DNA from: Diplonema japonicum | Taxonomy: Eukaryota; Protista; Euglenozoa: Diplonemea | Direction: 5' to 3' | Assembly (NCBI GenBank): GCA_964019335.1 | Contig: OZ025653.1 | Coordinates: 434,001-498,000, forward strand | Length of the DNA stretch: 64,000 nucleotides | In this document: one piece after another, positions 43,622-54,272 of the stretch | Numbering within the stretch: position 1 is the first letter of the stretch | Layout of the letters: each line of letters begins with the position of its first letter | The notes under the pieces: generated by a model | What the model was told of the DNA's origin: nothing | Database searches by the model: none | Seen by the model: only the letters and a program-made list of their open reading frames with translations | Made by a program: the position numbers and the translations under genes

Positions 43622-44454
43622 CCCAATTGATACCGGAAAATTGCGGCGGCGTGCCCCACGCTCGGAGAAGGCCCACAGTGTGGGATATAAGGCTGCACTT
43701 CTTCCCACACACATGTGTCTAATTTCAGCCGCCATAAATCGCCTTTTTTTTTTTTTTTTTTTTAATTTTCTAAAAAAAATTCCCCCCACTTACCAAGTAA
43801 ATCTTCATTTTTGTCGCAACCCCCATAGATATATAAATAACCATTGATAGCAGTGGCGGAGTGGCCTCTCCGCCCACAGGGTGGGGTGCCGGTTGTTGGC
43901 TGGAGTTTGAAGGAAAAGGTGTGCATGTCCAAAGTGTAGACTTCTGAAACGGATTCGCGTTCGAAAGTGAGCCCACCGAAGAGCCACACGGTGCGCCCTA
44001 CAAGGGTGCAAGTCTGCCCTCGCCGAGGGCTCGGGGAGTTGCCTCTTTTCACACGCTCTCTCCATTTGACCTTTGTGTGGTCAAATTCCCATATATCACT
44101 GTACATATACCCATGGACGTCCTCCCCACCAAAAATATACATCATCTTGTTCCAGATCCAGGCAGAGTGACGGTCTCTTTCAAAGGGGAGGTAGTCCTTT
44201 TGGCTTGGGCGGAGGTATGCGCATGATATCTTCTGTTCGGTTCCTGCTCCGTCGATTTTAAGCCTGTAGACGTCGTTGCTTACATTTTCGTCGGGGCCGC
44301 CGCCGAAGAGGAGTAGGGTGGTCTCGTCCACGGACACCAAGCTGTGTCCAGACCTTGCTGGTGGCTCTTTGCCTTCTACGAACCCTAGGCTCCTGCATTT
44401 CACCCATCTCCCTGTGGTGGGGCACACGTCTGTTTTCAGTTCGTTGTTTGCCAT
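43161..44454 (-). CDS. Kelch-repeat protein with a BC-box-like C-terminus (KLHDC2/3/10-like; 4 introns)
   Basis: Kelch repeats (PARSGHS..LFGG, RDRHS..IFGG, RRGHS..IYGG); introns 43793-43743, 43633-43579, 43446-43404 and 43334-43258 give one frame ending SLKHFVAELILRNSVPYS*. Confidence 0.82.
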
Positions 44455-44805
44455 CAGCACCCCTCTCGCCCGCCCCCCTCCCCCTGCCTCCCACGCGTGG
44501 CCCGCGCCCTCCTTTATTTTTTTTTTTATATTTTGTTTACGTTGAAGAAAATAAAAAATGAAACAAAAAAAAAGGGAATTATTGAACTCGTCTTTTTTTT
44601 TTTAATTATACAACGGGGCGGGGGAGTGGGGGAAAAAGTAGGGGGGAAATAAAAAAATAAGAAAAGAAGAGCGGTGCGTGGAAAAAAAAGGGGGGGGTGT
44701 GTACCGTTTACAGGAAGAAAGGGGGGGGGAGGGGGGGGGGGGGGGGGAAACACTAACACCCCCCACCCTCCCCCCTCCCTTTTTTAAATTTTTTTTTAAA
44801 TTTTT

Positions 44806-47512
44806 CTATTCAAGCGGGATGTGAAATTCCCTTCTTTTCAAATCCAGTTTTTTAATTTCAGTCTTCAGCTCCGCCCACCTCACGATGTCGACGCTGCGCT
44901 TCTCGTACGCCCGCTTGGACATCTTGTAGAACTGACGTTCATCCCATGCCTTTTTTTTTTATTTTTATTTTATTTACGCTCCATATTCGCTAAGTGACCC
45001 ACCAGAAACCGCATTTTGAAGAGCTAAAAAAATTTCTAATTGCTTTTTCTAGGGTTGGAATGGATTTATTTGCGTCCGGGGCCCAATGTTCGACATATGG
45101 AATTTTTTTTTGTAATAAAATTTTTTTTGGTGATTTGCCTTACTTTGTACTATACAAAATGAAGCAGCTCCGGTGGAAAAAACACGGCACAAGTGGGGTT
45201 CGAACCCTGATGAAAAAACCACTGCGTCGGGATTCGAACCCGCGACTCCTGGAACAAGGGGGCCTGACAGGTGAGCACGGTAACCACTCTACCACACAGG
45301 AATTCAAAACTCTGACCCCCCATCTTTACTCACGCATCCGGCATAGTGGGTGGAGTAGGTTCCCTTCTTTTCACACTATCCTTGCGATACACACTCACGA
45401 CGTGCCTCAGCCCATCAACACTGTGATGAAATAAACACAGAATAAGAGATGAGCTAAAGGAGGTTCCTGTTCTGGAACGTCCTTGTCTACTTATCTCTAC
45501 TTATCTACCCCTTTCCCAGTTTTCGAAGTCTAGTACGAGTTATTGTGGTGACTGTCGTCTTCCTCGGTCCGTCGTACTACTTCAGCTTCCTGAGCTACCA
45601 CTCAGGTGGTGTGCATAGCGTTTCCTTCCGTTATCTGTTCCAGGGGTGCGTCGTGTACGTTTCTGGTACACTGAAGAGTAGGGGTCAAATCTGTTGTTTC
45701 TTCAGACGCTTGATCTACCCGAAGTAGAACAGCAGGAAGGGGAGAAGGAGGAGGAAGGGGGAGGAGATACTGATGTCTTCTTCTTTACTTTCTGTTGTCG
45801 CTACTGTCTTTGCTGCTGCTGCTGTTGCTGCTGTTACTGTTGTTGCTGCTGCGTTGGGGAGGTTGTCCATGTCCTCTGTTGTGCCTCGGGTGGCCCTCCC
45901 CTGCTTCCTCGGTCTTGTGCTTCTTGTACAAGATGAGGCTGGGGTGCCATCCTTTGTTTTTGCCTGCTTATGGCACTTCCACTCCGTCTGCTCTGAGATC
46001 TCACTTCTTGCCCTCTTTTGTGTAGTGGACCCGGTAGTGGAGCTCCTTGTGGCTGTACTCCGCTATCGCGATCCTGTCCATCTGGAGTCCTCGTTGTCTG
46101 AGGCTCTCTGCTGGCTGGAAGGGCTTGCTTTGGTCTTTCCCGTCGAGTTGCCCGTGTGCTCTCAGGAGTAGGAAGTATTCTCCGGTCGTCGTCACTGCTT
46201 GTTTCATAGTCTCCGTTCCGTTCAGGCTGGTCATCAAACCAGGGCACGCGGGTCAAGGATCTTCCAACGCAAACGTGACCGTGATCGGTGTAATTCCCAC
46301 ATAAGTACCTTCCAAGCAGAAATAACTTCTGCCCCAAAGGCAACGTCACTTTCAAATGACTATGCCATTCCATTTGGACTGTACGTTGCCCTGTGGTGGA
46401 CGGCGTAGACGCGCATCTGTCTCTTCAACTATAAACTCCCTTATGGAACCCTCTTTGACCTTCTCGTCATCTCCACCCATTTGTATTTGGTGATTACGGC
46501 CGAAGTGCAGAGAACAGGACTGTTATGCTTACTGACTAACAACTAACAATCTTACAATGTTAAGAGCTGTCCTTCCCTCAAAACTGCACTTTTCTTCAAC
46601 TAGACTCCCACAAGCTTACGAAAAGCTTTTGCGGAAACACCGGTTCAGGTTGCCGTTTCTCCCCTGTGGGGGGCCTAAAAAAATCCGCTGGAGTGGGGCT
46701 TGAACCCGCTTCGCCTTGGTACAGGGCAAAGCCCCCCCAACTAGACTACTACACCTTCGAAAATATTTTCGGCTGAACTACTGGTCAGGAAGATGCTGGC
46801 TTCTGGGATCGAACCCTGTTAACCATGTTTTTCAAAGGGAAAAGTGCCCAGTTGCAAAAGTTTGGCAAAAATGGCCAAAACCCAAAATGGCGACTTCCAA
46901 GGTCATTTTGGTTGGCCCCCAATATTTTTTTTTTGGAAAATCTTTTTTGGAACTTCCTTGGAACTCACCGTTCTTTCATGTTCGACATATGGAATTTTTG
47001 GAAAAAAAAATTCAATGAACCTTTGGGCATTTTTGACATTTTTTCCCCTATAGCCCCCTATAACCCCTTTGGGACATAGGGCGGGTCACTTAGCGAATAT
47101 GGAGCGTTATTTGTTTATAAACATACCATCAAACTATGTTCGCGCTTTGTGTAAAAGAAGTAAGCAAACCAAGAAACGACGTAAGCCTGCATAATGAAGA
47201 AGCTAATGGGTTCGATGACATCCCATCCAAGGCAATAGTCCCCTGAAAGGGAAGGGAAGGTTAAAAAGGCAAACCCGCACATTTGAAGGCCGCTTAAACA
47301 CGAGACCACGGACCATATGCGGAGTCGCTTCTTCGCTACGTCACTGTCAGCGAGTGCCTTTTTGGCGGCGATAATTTCGAACTCCTTTTGCAGCTCTTCA
47401 AGCTTTGCTGTCAGTGCTGGACAGGGGTCAAAGGGAGGCAGTCCGTACTGTTTATTCACTTCATTAAATAACCTCAAAGGAGCTAAATACACAGTATCCT
47501 GGTCGATAAACT

Positions 47513-47543
<31 letters not shown>

Positions 47544-47798
47544 CTCTTAATCACACACCACCCCACCGCTCAGCTCCAAATTATCCAACAGTTCCTGGGA
47601 GGTTTTCCTCGTCATGCCCACCTCGCCCCCTATTCTGTAATACTCTGCTCTGCTGATAATATTGGCCTTTCCTGTCCGCAGCCTGTTTTGCACCTCCAAA
47701 GCCAGTTCCCTCACCCTCAGATCTTCCATGTTCACAGGGAGCGTCTCAGGTACTGTGGCTACCCATCGTGCTGTCCGGAATCGAAGGACTTTGAGCAT
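44806..47798 (-). CDS. MCU: Mitochondrial calcium uniporter (2 introns; the second holds the TIR element)
   Basis: Coiled coil, TM1, DIME motif WDVIEP, TM2; introns 47558-47511 and 47126-44950; last exon AWDERQFYKMSKRAYEKR...PLE*. Confidence 0.88.
45213..45301 (-). pseudogene. tRNA-like Pol III unit (Asp-GTC-like, degenerate) inside the TIR element
   Basis: A box TGGTAGAGTGG, CTGTCA anticodon-like loop, B box GGTTCGAATCC, acceptor-like pairing CTGTGT/ACGCAG, then T6. The anticodon arm is disrupted by a ~12-nt insertion. Confidence 0.6.
46677..46755 (-). pseudogene. Second tRNA-like Pol III unit inside the TIR element
   Basis: A box TAGTCTAGTTGG, stem TTGCC/GGCGA around CTGTACCAA, B box GGTTCAAGCCC, then T7; acceptor stem poor. 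Confidence 0.55.
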
Positions 47799-48256
47799 TT
47801 TCTCCCCCTCTTTTTTTTTTTTTTTTTTTTTTTGGTGTGGAACTTCTCGCACCGTTCTCCCCTCCTCTTTGTTTCTTTTTTTTTTTCTTCCTCCTTTTAA
47901 GTGAAGCCCAAGCCTTCCTAACAAAAAAAAAAGAACGTTTTAATATGAATCGAGAACGGAGAAGAGAAATAAAAAAAAAAGAAAACTTTCTTCTTTCTGA
48001 CGGTTTCTTTGAGCAACGTCCGGGGGGTTTTCTTTTTTTCACCCGAGCAAAAAAAGCTGCTTGGTCTCGATTTTTCATCATTTTTTTTTCTTTTTTTGCA
48101 AGAACAATTTTACAACATAAAAAAAATAAAACAAACAAACAATTAATATCTTTCCCTCCTCTTTCTTTTAAACTCGTTGCAGTCAAGACGAGTTTTCCTT
48201 CGCCCCCCCACGCCCACCCTCTTGCTCTTCTCTCTTTCCTCTTCTCCGTCTCGTTC

Positions 48257-49084
48257 TTATCTCGGTGGCGACATACTCACATTGGTGGATATAGGAAGGC
48301 GCACTCTGCTAGGCGGGGGACGAAGCAGCTGGGGGCTGACGGCTGCTGTGCCTGTGGAAGCCCTGCTGACCCTACCTGGGGAGGGGGACCTCATGGACTG
48401 CACTGCACAGTATCTTTCTATGTTCTCGGCTTCGTACTGCATGCGCTGCTGCAGCCTCTTACGCTCCTCTTGGTCTTCCTTCGTGTGTTTTTGTATGACC
48501 ATTTGTGCTTTGAGCTCCGCTTCCCGTTGCAGCCTGCCCCTTTCCCATTCGTCACTTGTCATCTTTCCCTTCTTCTGCAACCATTCTTCGAAATCTCTTA
48601 CCGGCGTTGACACGTTCCGCACCGGGCTGTGCCTGTCGGTGGGGCTTATCCACTGCGCCTCACGAAGCATCTTCTCTTTAGGTGTCATGGACCTTCGCAC
48701 GGAGCGTTGTGGGGTGCTGTGCTGTGGGGCAGGGGTGGCTTCAAGAGCTGCCTCTTCAGGTGTGTTCTCTTTTTGTGGAGGCGCCGCTTTGCTCTTCTTC
48801 TTCCTCAACCTCTCCTTCACGATCGACGGCTCTGCCGGCGGATAGAAATCCCTTGCGGCCCACGTCGTGTCCACAGTCTCCTTGTCCTTCTTCCTCGTCC
48901 ACGAGGCCGTTCCCTTCATCTCCGCTACGCGCATAGGTGACTCTTTCTCCTGTTCCTTCCTCACAGGCGGCGGTGTCTTCGCCCTGCTGCTTGCTGTAGG
49001 CGACATGAACCCTCGTCTCCCCTTGGACAGGGCATGCTTGCTGTCTGCCATCTTCCTGCTTCCTGGTGGCGTGTCGCGTGGCAT
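48257..49084 (-). CDS. Uncharacterised basic Ser/Pro-rich protein with a coiled coil
   Basis: 275-aa ORF in cluster orientation with coding-like composition and an FMSPTASS motif. Confidence 0.65.
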   Translation of the reverse strand: MPRDTPPGSRKMADSKHALSKGRRGFMSPTASSRAKTPPPVRKEQEKESPMRVAEMKGTASWTRKKDKETVDTTWAARDFYPPAEPSIVKERLRKKKSKAAPPQKENTPEEAALEATPAPQHSTPQRSVRRSMTPKEKMLREAQWISPTDRHSPVRNVSTPVRDFEEWLQKKGKMTSDEWERGRLQREAELKAQMVIQKHTKEDQEERKRLQQRMQYEAENIERYCAVQSMRSPSPGRVSRASTGTAAVSPQLLRPPPSRVRLPISTNVSMSPPR

Positions 49085-49129
49085 CTAATGCTAAGCGTGG
49101 TTTTAATCTAAAATACTGTATCTAAGCGT

Positions 49130-51076
49130 CTATTCGTTCTTCAAGAGCAGATTGTGCCACGGCAGGCTCTGCATGATGCCCAGCTGCTCCACCTTAATCC
49201 ATGTCGCCCATGAGGACATCCCCTCATCCGAGGGGTTCAGCCCGCTGTACTTCAACCTTGCTGCGATATCGCTGCTGCAGGCATCGAAGGAGAGGGACAG
49301 GAGGGAAAAGCCCACAGAGGTAGTGAGTTCTCGCAGCTCGGGTAGGGAGTAGTACTGGGCCCTGGGGTGGAACAGCATGTCTCGGAACGAGGGTGCAGCA
49401 AAGTAACTGGATTGCGACTCAAGAACACGGCGAACGGCATGGCTAGGGGAGAGCTCCTTGATGTCAGCCCTCATGCTGCGGATTGCCTCCAAGTCCGGGG
49501 TGCGGTACTCCCCATACTTCGGGTACGTGTCACGAAGATACTTGATGCAGCCACGCACTTTCTCAGTGCTGCTGGCAGCGTACACTCCAAGAAGTAGCAC
49601 GCCGTTGGGACGTAACAATTTCTTCAGAGACCGTAAGGCCTTCTCAGGGTCGTCGCAGTGGTGCAGCACACCACAGCACTCCACCACATCAAAGAGCCCA
49701 TCGTCATCAGGGGTGCAATCCTCGATCGCTTTTTCTATCAGCTTGTACCTGTCATTGCTGTAAAGCTTCGAGAGGCGGTACTCAGCATAAGCCAAGTTCA
49801 CCCCCGACAAGTCGATGCCTGTCACGACGGAGTTCTTGTACTGATGCAACGCGATGGCCATCTGGTGCCCGCTGCCACAGCCTGCGATGAGCACCTTCTC
49901 TGTCTTCTCGCTCCAGTCTAATTTTTGCCCCATCTGCTTTGGGAGGTAGTCTCGCAGGTAGTGCTTGTAGGATGTGTAGGTAGGCAGCCCCTCCGACCCG
50001 ATGTTGAACCACACAGGAAAGGGGTTCGCATCGTAGAAGTTCTTCAGCAACATGTCAGAAGACGCCCCCCGCGTGTCGGCGGGGCGTAGCACGGTCGCCC
50101 GCTCCTTGAACTCTGCGACAAGGGACCGCATAAGGTCGCCCTTTGTGAACTTCTCAAAGGGGTCTGCGGTGGTGCATTCCAACGCTGCGAGCAGCTGGTA
50201 GTTCGGCGGGTCATGCATCAAGTACTTCGCAACCTCGAAGGGCGTGGCTTCAGGTACAGGCGGCGCGGGGGTAGGCTCTGCGAGACGGGGCATCACCCAA
50301 CCGGTGAGAAGGCCTTGGAACATGAAGGAAAAGACAGCAAGCCAGGCCTCCTCGCTCTCGACCTGCAACATCAGCTCCTCGCGTATGGCAATGAGGTCGT
50401 CTTCGAACTCGCCGAGCAGCACGTGGTGCATCATGAAGTCGCGGCAGAGGGTCTCCCCAACGGCACGCCACCGCCCGTCCCGGCCACGTTTTTTCATGAA
50501 GACCTCGTAGCCGCCATGTTTCCATGCTGCGACGGCATAGTGGGAGGAGGGGGACACGGCCATCCCCTCCAAGATGGGGAGATGGCTGTCACTGCGAACA
50601 CCAATCTTTGCGATTAAAGGAAGCAGCCACGACTTGACTTCAGCATCCAGTGGGTGGTAAAGAACCTGTGTGAGTGTCATAAGAGCGTTGTCCGTGTCAT
50701 CAAGGTTGAAGTAGCAGTCGGTCAGAGCACAGAGGATCTTGATGAGCTCCTTCCCTTGGTTGTTGCAGACTTGCGAGGCGGCTTTGAGGAAGTGGAGGGC
50801 CTGTTCCGTTCCCTGGCGTTCTTGTGCTTTGCCACCTGGGAGGTTGTTCCCGAACCTGACACATGGCAGGCACCACAACCCTGCAAGGTACAGCATGAAG
50901 TGCGGCGGCACACTAGCAGGCCCTTCTCCCGATGACAGAAACCTCACAACATCATCTCCTTTAACATTACACTCAGAACACGCAGCACGCAGTCTCGCCA
51001 CGTGGAACCACCTTAGCAGCGAGGGAGCGTAGCTGTACTGCAGCTGCTCGATTCGTTCGAATGCATCTAATGGCAT
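49130..51076 (-). CDS. TPR-like plus class I SAM-dependent methyltransferase
   Basis: VLIAGCGSG (motif I), GIDLS, FDVVECCGVLHH and LLRPNG. Confidence 0.85.
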   Translation of the reverse strand: MPLDAFERIEQLQYSYAPSLLRWFHVARLRAACSECNVKGDDVVRFLSSGEGPASVPPHFMLYLAGLWCLPCVRFGNNLPGGKAQERQGTEQALHFLKAASQVCNNQGKELIKILCALTDCYFNLDDTDNALMTLTQVLYHPLDAEVKSWLLPLIAKIGVRSDSHLPILEGMAVSPSSHYAVAAWKHGGYEVFMKKRGRDGRWRAVGETLCRDFMMHHVLLGEFEDDLIAIREELMLQVESEEAWLAVFSFMFQGLLTGWVMPRLAEPTPAPPVPEATPFEVAKYLMHDPPNYQLLAALECTTADPFEKFTKGDLMRSLVAEFKERATVLRPADTRGASSDMLLKNFYDANPFPVWFNIGSEGLPTYTSYKHYLRDYLPKQMGQKLDWSEKTEKVLIAGCGSGHQMAIALHQYKNSVVTGIDLSGVNLAYAEYRLSKLYSNDRYKLIEKAIEDCTPDDDGLFDVVECCGVLHHCDDPEKALRSLKKLLRPNGVLLLGVYAASSTEKVRGCIKYLRDTYPKYGEYRTPDLEAIRSMRADIKELSPSHAVRRVLESQSSYFAAPSFRDMLFHPRAQYYSLPELRELTTSVGFSLLSLSFDACSSDIAARLKYSGLNPSDEGMSSWATWIKVEQLGIMQSLPWHNLLLKNE

Positions 51077-51713
51077 GTTCTTCTTTTAATTGCCTAGAAT
51101 GGGTTGTCATTGAAGTGGTATGTGAGCTGAAACAAAAAAGTTCTTTTCTCCCCCCCCCCCTCTTGTTTCCTCTCTCTTTTTTATTTTTTATTTTCAGTAT
51201 CTTTTCTCACTTCATATCCTCGTTCGGTGGGTCCAAAAAAGAAAAAAAAAGAAAAAAAAAGTTAAAGAAAAAAAAAGAAGGCAAAGAGGAGAGTGTGGAT
51301 GGGTGGCCTACTTGCAGAAGGCCATACAAAGGGGATAGGTTCTTTTCTTTTGCCTCCTTCGGGACATTCACTGGCAACCATCAAGAGAAGTGAAAGGAGA
51401 AAAGCAGAAGTGGTGGGGGGGGGGGGGGGGGGGCTTTTCTCTTCTCCTTCTTCTTCTTCTTCTTTTTCTCCCCTCTTTTCTTTCGGTTCTTCAAAAAAAA
51501 AAACCGAGGGACAGCAACTGTTTTCTTTTTTTTTTTTATGAAGGTGGTCGACAGGCATGGCGGGCAGGCGGAGTGCTTAAAAAAAAAAATCGTTTAAAAA
51601 AAAAAAGCAATGATGAATCTAATCATTCTTCTTTTTTCATTTATCCCCTCCTCCGCGACAAAAAAAAGAGAGAAAAAAAACACTATAAAAAAAACCCTTT
51701 CCCATTTCCATCA

Positions 51714-52448
51714 TCAATAATCTCCTTCTACTTCATATTCATCATTGATAATAACTTCAGCATCAGGGTTGGGCTGAACAGGTGCCCTGTAGGGCATGCT
51801 TGTCATGGCGGGTGCAAAAAGGGCAGCAAGGATGAACACGTAGAAGTTGAAACCGACGATCCCAAAGATGAATTCTGTCGCCTCCACGCCCCAGTTGTTG
51901 ACACGGTAGAGCGCAGCCCCAATGGCCGCGATCATGATGACGTTGAGCCCCCAGACAAATTTGAACCTAGATCCCACGTGGACCTGAGGGCCAGTCGTTG
52001 TAGATGACTGCAAAGGGAGAAAATTATTTTGTGGGTGAAAAAAAAAGGGGGGTGCTTCACCATACCACTTTGTGAATCATGATGGCTATCAGGTAGAACA
52101 ACCATATAATGTAAACCGCGATAAAAACGCTCACGAAAGCCAGGACACTGGGGTTGTCCATTGTGTTTTCCGGGCGGTTTGACATTTGAGACCTGACGAC
52201 CAACACGAGCTTTTTTTTTTTTTTTTTTTTTTCCCTCCCCCCTCCATACCCACAAGGGAACCAACAACGTCAGCTTCGGGACGTAAAATTCCTTCGTCGT
52301 TTTTCTCTTTGTTTGGGACATGTGGTCCGTCATCGACAGCACCGCCAACAGGTAGCCCAACAGAAATGTGTAACGCAGCGCATCATCCACGAACAACCAA
52401 AGCCCGAGGTTTACCCCGTCGGACCTTACCTTCAGGAAGCAGAACGGG

Positions 52449-52488
<40 letters not shown>

Positions 52489-53317
52489 ATATATCATACT
52501 GTTAAATCCAAGTAGAAGCACGAGGAGGATGAATGTCCATTTCTGCTCCAGCGCCCATGCATGCCACGGGTATTTCAATCGCCCGAAGGCGATCTGGTGG
52601 TAGAACATCGCGGACACAAGGGTGGCGATAACCAAGAAGAAGTACCTCATCAACAATTCGTTGAACAAAAAGTCAGGGTTTGTGGACACTGTCACCACGC
52701 TGATGGTCTCCATGGCTTTCTTGAGGAATGGGTTGCTGGAGTTTTTCTCAAGCTTGAAGTCCACGTCCGTGATGCTTGCAACATCTTTGTCGATGATGTA
52801 TGCTAGGTCGCTGGACATCCTGCAGTTTTCATCCACGCAGCTGTTTTTTTTTTTTTTTTTTACTTTAAATTCCCGTAACATACGAAATATCAGTCTCAAC
52901 AACAGTGGGGGAGGAGCCGCTGACGGTGATATCGTACGCTTTGAATTGTTTAAACACCGTGTCCATGTTCGTCAATTCATCGGCTTTCGCCTCCAGTTTG
53001 ATCCTGAACTGGACAGGTAGCGCATCTTTATCAGCCGAGAAAGATGCCGTGGCACGAACGCACTCTACCGAAATGGCCGTATCAAAGGGCAGACCACTTT
53101 CTCCCAGTGCTACAGCTTGTCTCTGTGCCGGGTCTTCGCATTCGGCTACAATTGTTGTGTTGCTCTCCGGGTTGTGCATTGGCTTCTTGATCAACTGCCA
53201 CACGACGATCAGTATTAGGAATGACACGAAAAACCCGAGGGACAACTTGGCTGCATCTTTTTTCTCTATTTCCTCGAGTCTGAACTTTGGCCTCCTATGG
53301 GCTGAGGGCAGGTCCAT
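51714..53317 (-). CDS. TMEM181 / Wntless-like multi-pass membrane protein (4 introns)
   Basis: EQKWTFILLVLLLGFN|NPF and FYVPKL resemble TMEM181; introns 52883-52841, 52499-52450, 52249-52210 and 52065-52008. Confidence 0.72.
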
Positions 53318-53750
53318 GGTTATGAGTTCAATTTTTTTTTGTCCTTACCTTTTTTTTTTTTTTTTTTTTTTTTTTTTCCCCCGGTGGATAAAAAAAGAAA
53401 AAAAAAAAAAAAACGATACAATAAAAAAAAAAAAAGAGAGGGAGACAGAGTTCTTTTTTTTTTTTTTCTCTTACAAAAATACTGTCGAGACTATAAAAAC
53501 TATAAAAAAAGAAAAAAAAATCGATGTCACAAGCAAACTCTGCGTGAGAGCGAGCAGGCCTTCGAAGCAGGAGGGGTTCTTGTTTGTACGGGTGTCTCTC
53601 AGTTTCGGACATATCTCGCGACTGCTGTCCTATTCAACGAGAGGCAAAACCAAAAGTTTTTTTTTCTCCCGCGAGTTTTCGTCGGGGTCAGTTTTCTTCC
53701 TTTATTTTTTTTTTTTTAATTATTTGTGGTTCTCAAGGTATCAGTTTTTT

Positions 53751-53782
<32 letters not shown>

Positions 53783-54272
53783 TTTTTTTTTTCAAGCGCC
53801 ACAAACAATGGGGGGAAGAAAGAAACTGAGGTGTTACAAAATTAGAGGGGTTTTTCTTTTTTTTTATATTGTGGTTGTGTGTTGCCACTCTTTCTCTATC
53901 TAGCCACAGCATTTTTATTGATTCAGAGGATTGAGATCTAATCCCAGTCGTACGTCCCCCCACTCCTCCCCCTTCTTTCCCCTTCTTATTTTCTATTGTA
54001 TCTGAAAAGAATTTTGAGAACGGAAAAGAAAGGAAGAAGAAATATAAAAAAAAAAAAAAAATGGGGGTTCGCCTTAAACTCTTTTGTTCTCACTTTTTTT
54101 TTCCCTGCTGGATCGAATTAAAAAAAAAGAAAAAAAAAAAGGAGTTCGTTTTCCCTGATCTGGGGTCCTTTTTTTTTTTTTCTTTTCCACTTTACCTATA
54201 AAATCACCTGGGGGAGGGAAGAATTAACAAAGTTCATTCTCTCTCTCTTTTTTTTTTTTTTTTTTTTCTTCT

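Larger units (their letters stand above)
44977..47106. mobile_element. Non-autonomous TIR DNA transposon, 2130 bp (TTA duplication, PIF/Harbinger-like)
   Basis: Perfect 24-bp TIRs cgctccatattcgctaagtgaccc (44977-45000) and its reverse complement (47083-47106); TTA at 44974-44976 and 47107-47109. Removing the element plus one TTA leaves a typical 44-nt intron. Confidence 0.88.

Noticed and set aside
45540-46480. Alternative genetic code (TAA/TAG read as Gln) or a transposase in the cargo
   Set aside because: Host genes use all three stop codons normally, TGA stops also interrupt the cargo, and no DDE motif was recognised.
45213-46755. Functional tRNA-Asp and tRNA-Tyr genes
   Set aside because: Broken anticodon or acceptor stems and location inside a transposon; called tRNA-like only.
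49084-49160. Splice fusion of the methyltransferase to the next gene
   Set aside because: It needs a weak GTGGC donor and would remove what looks like the natural C-terminal strand.
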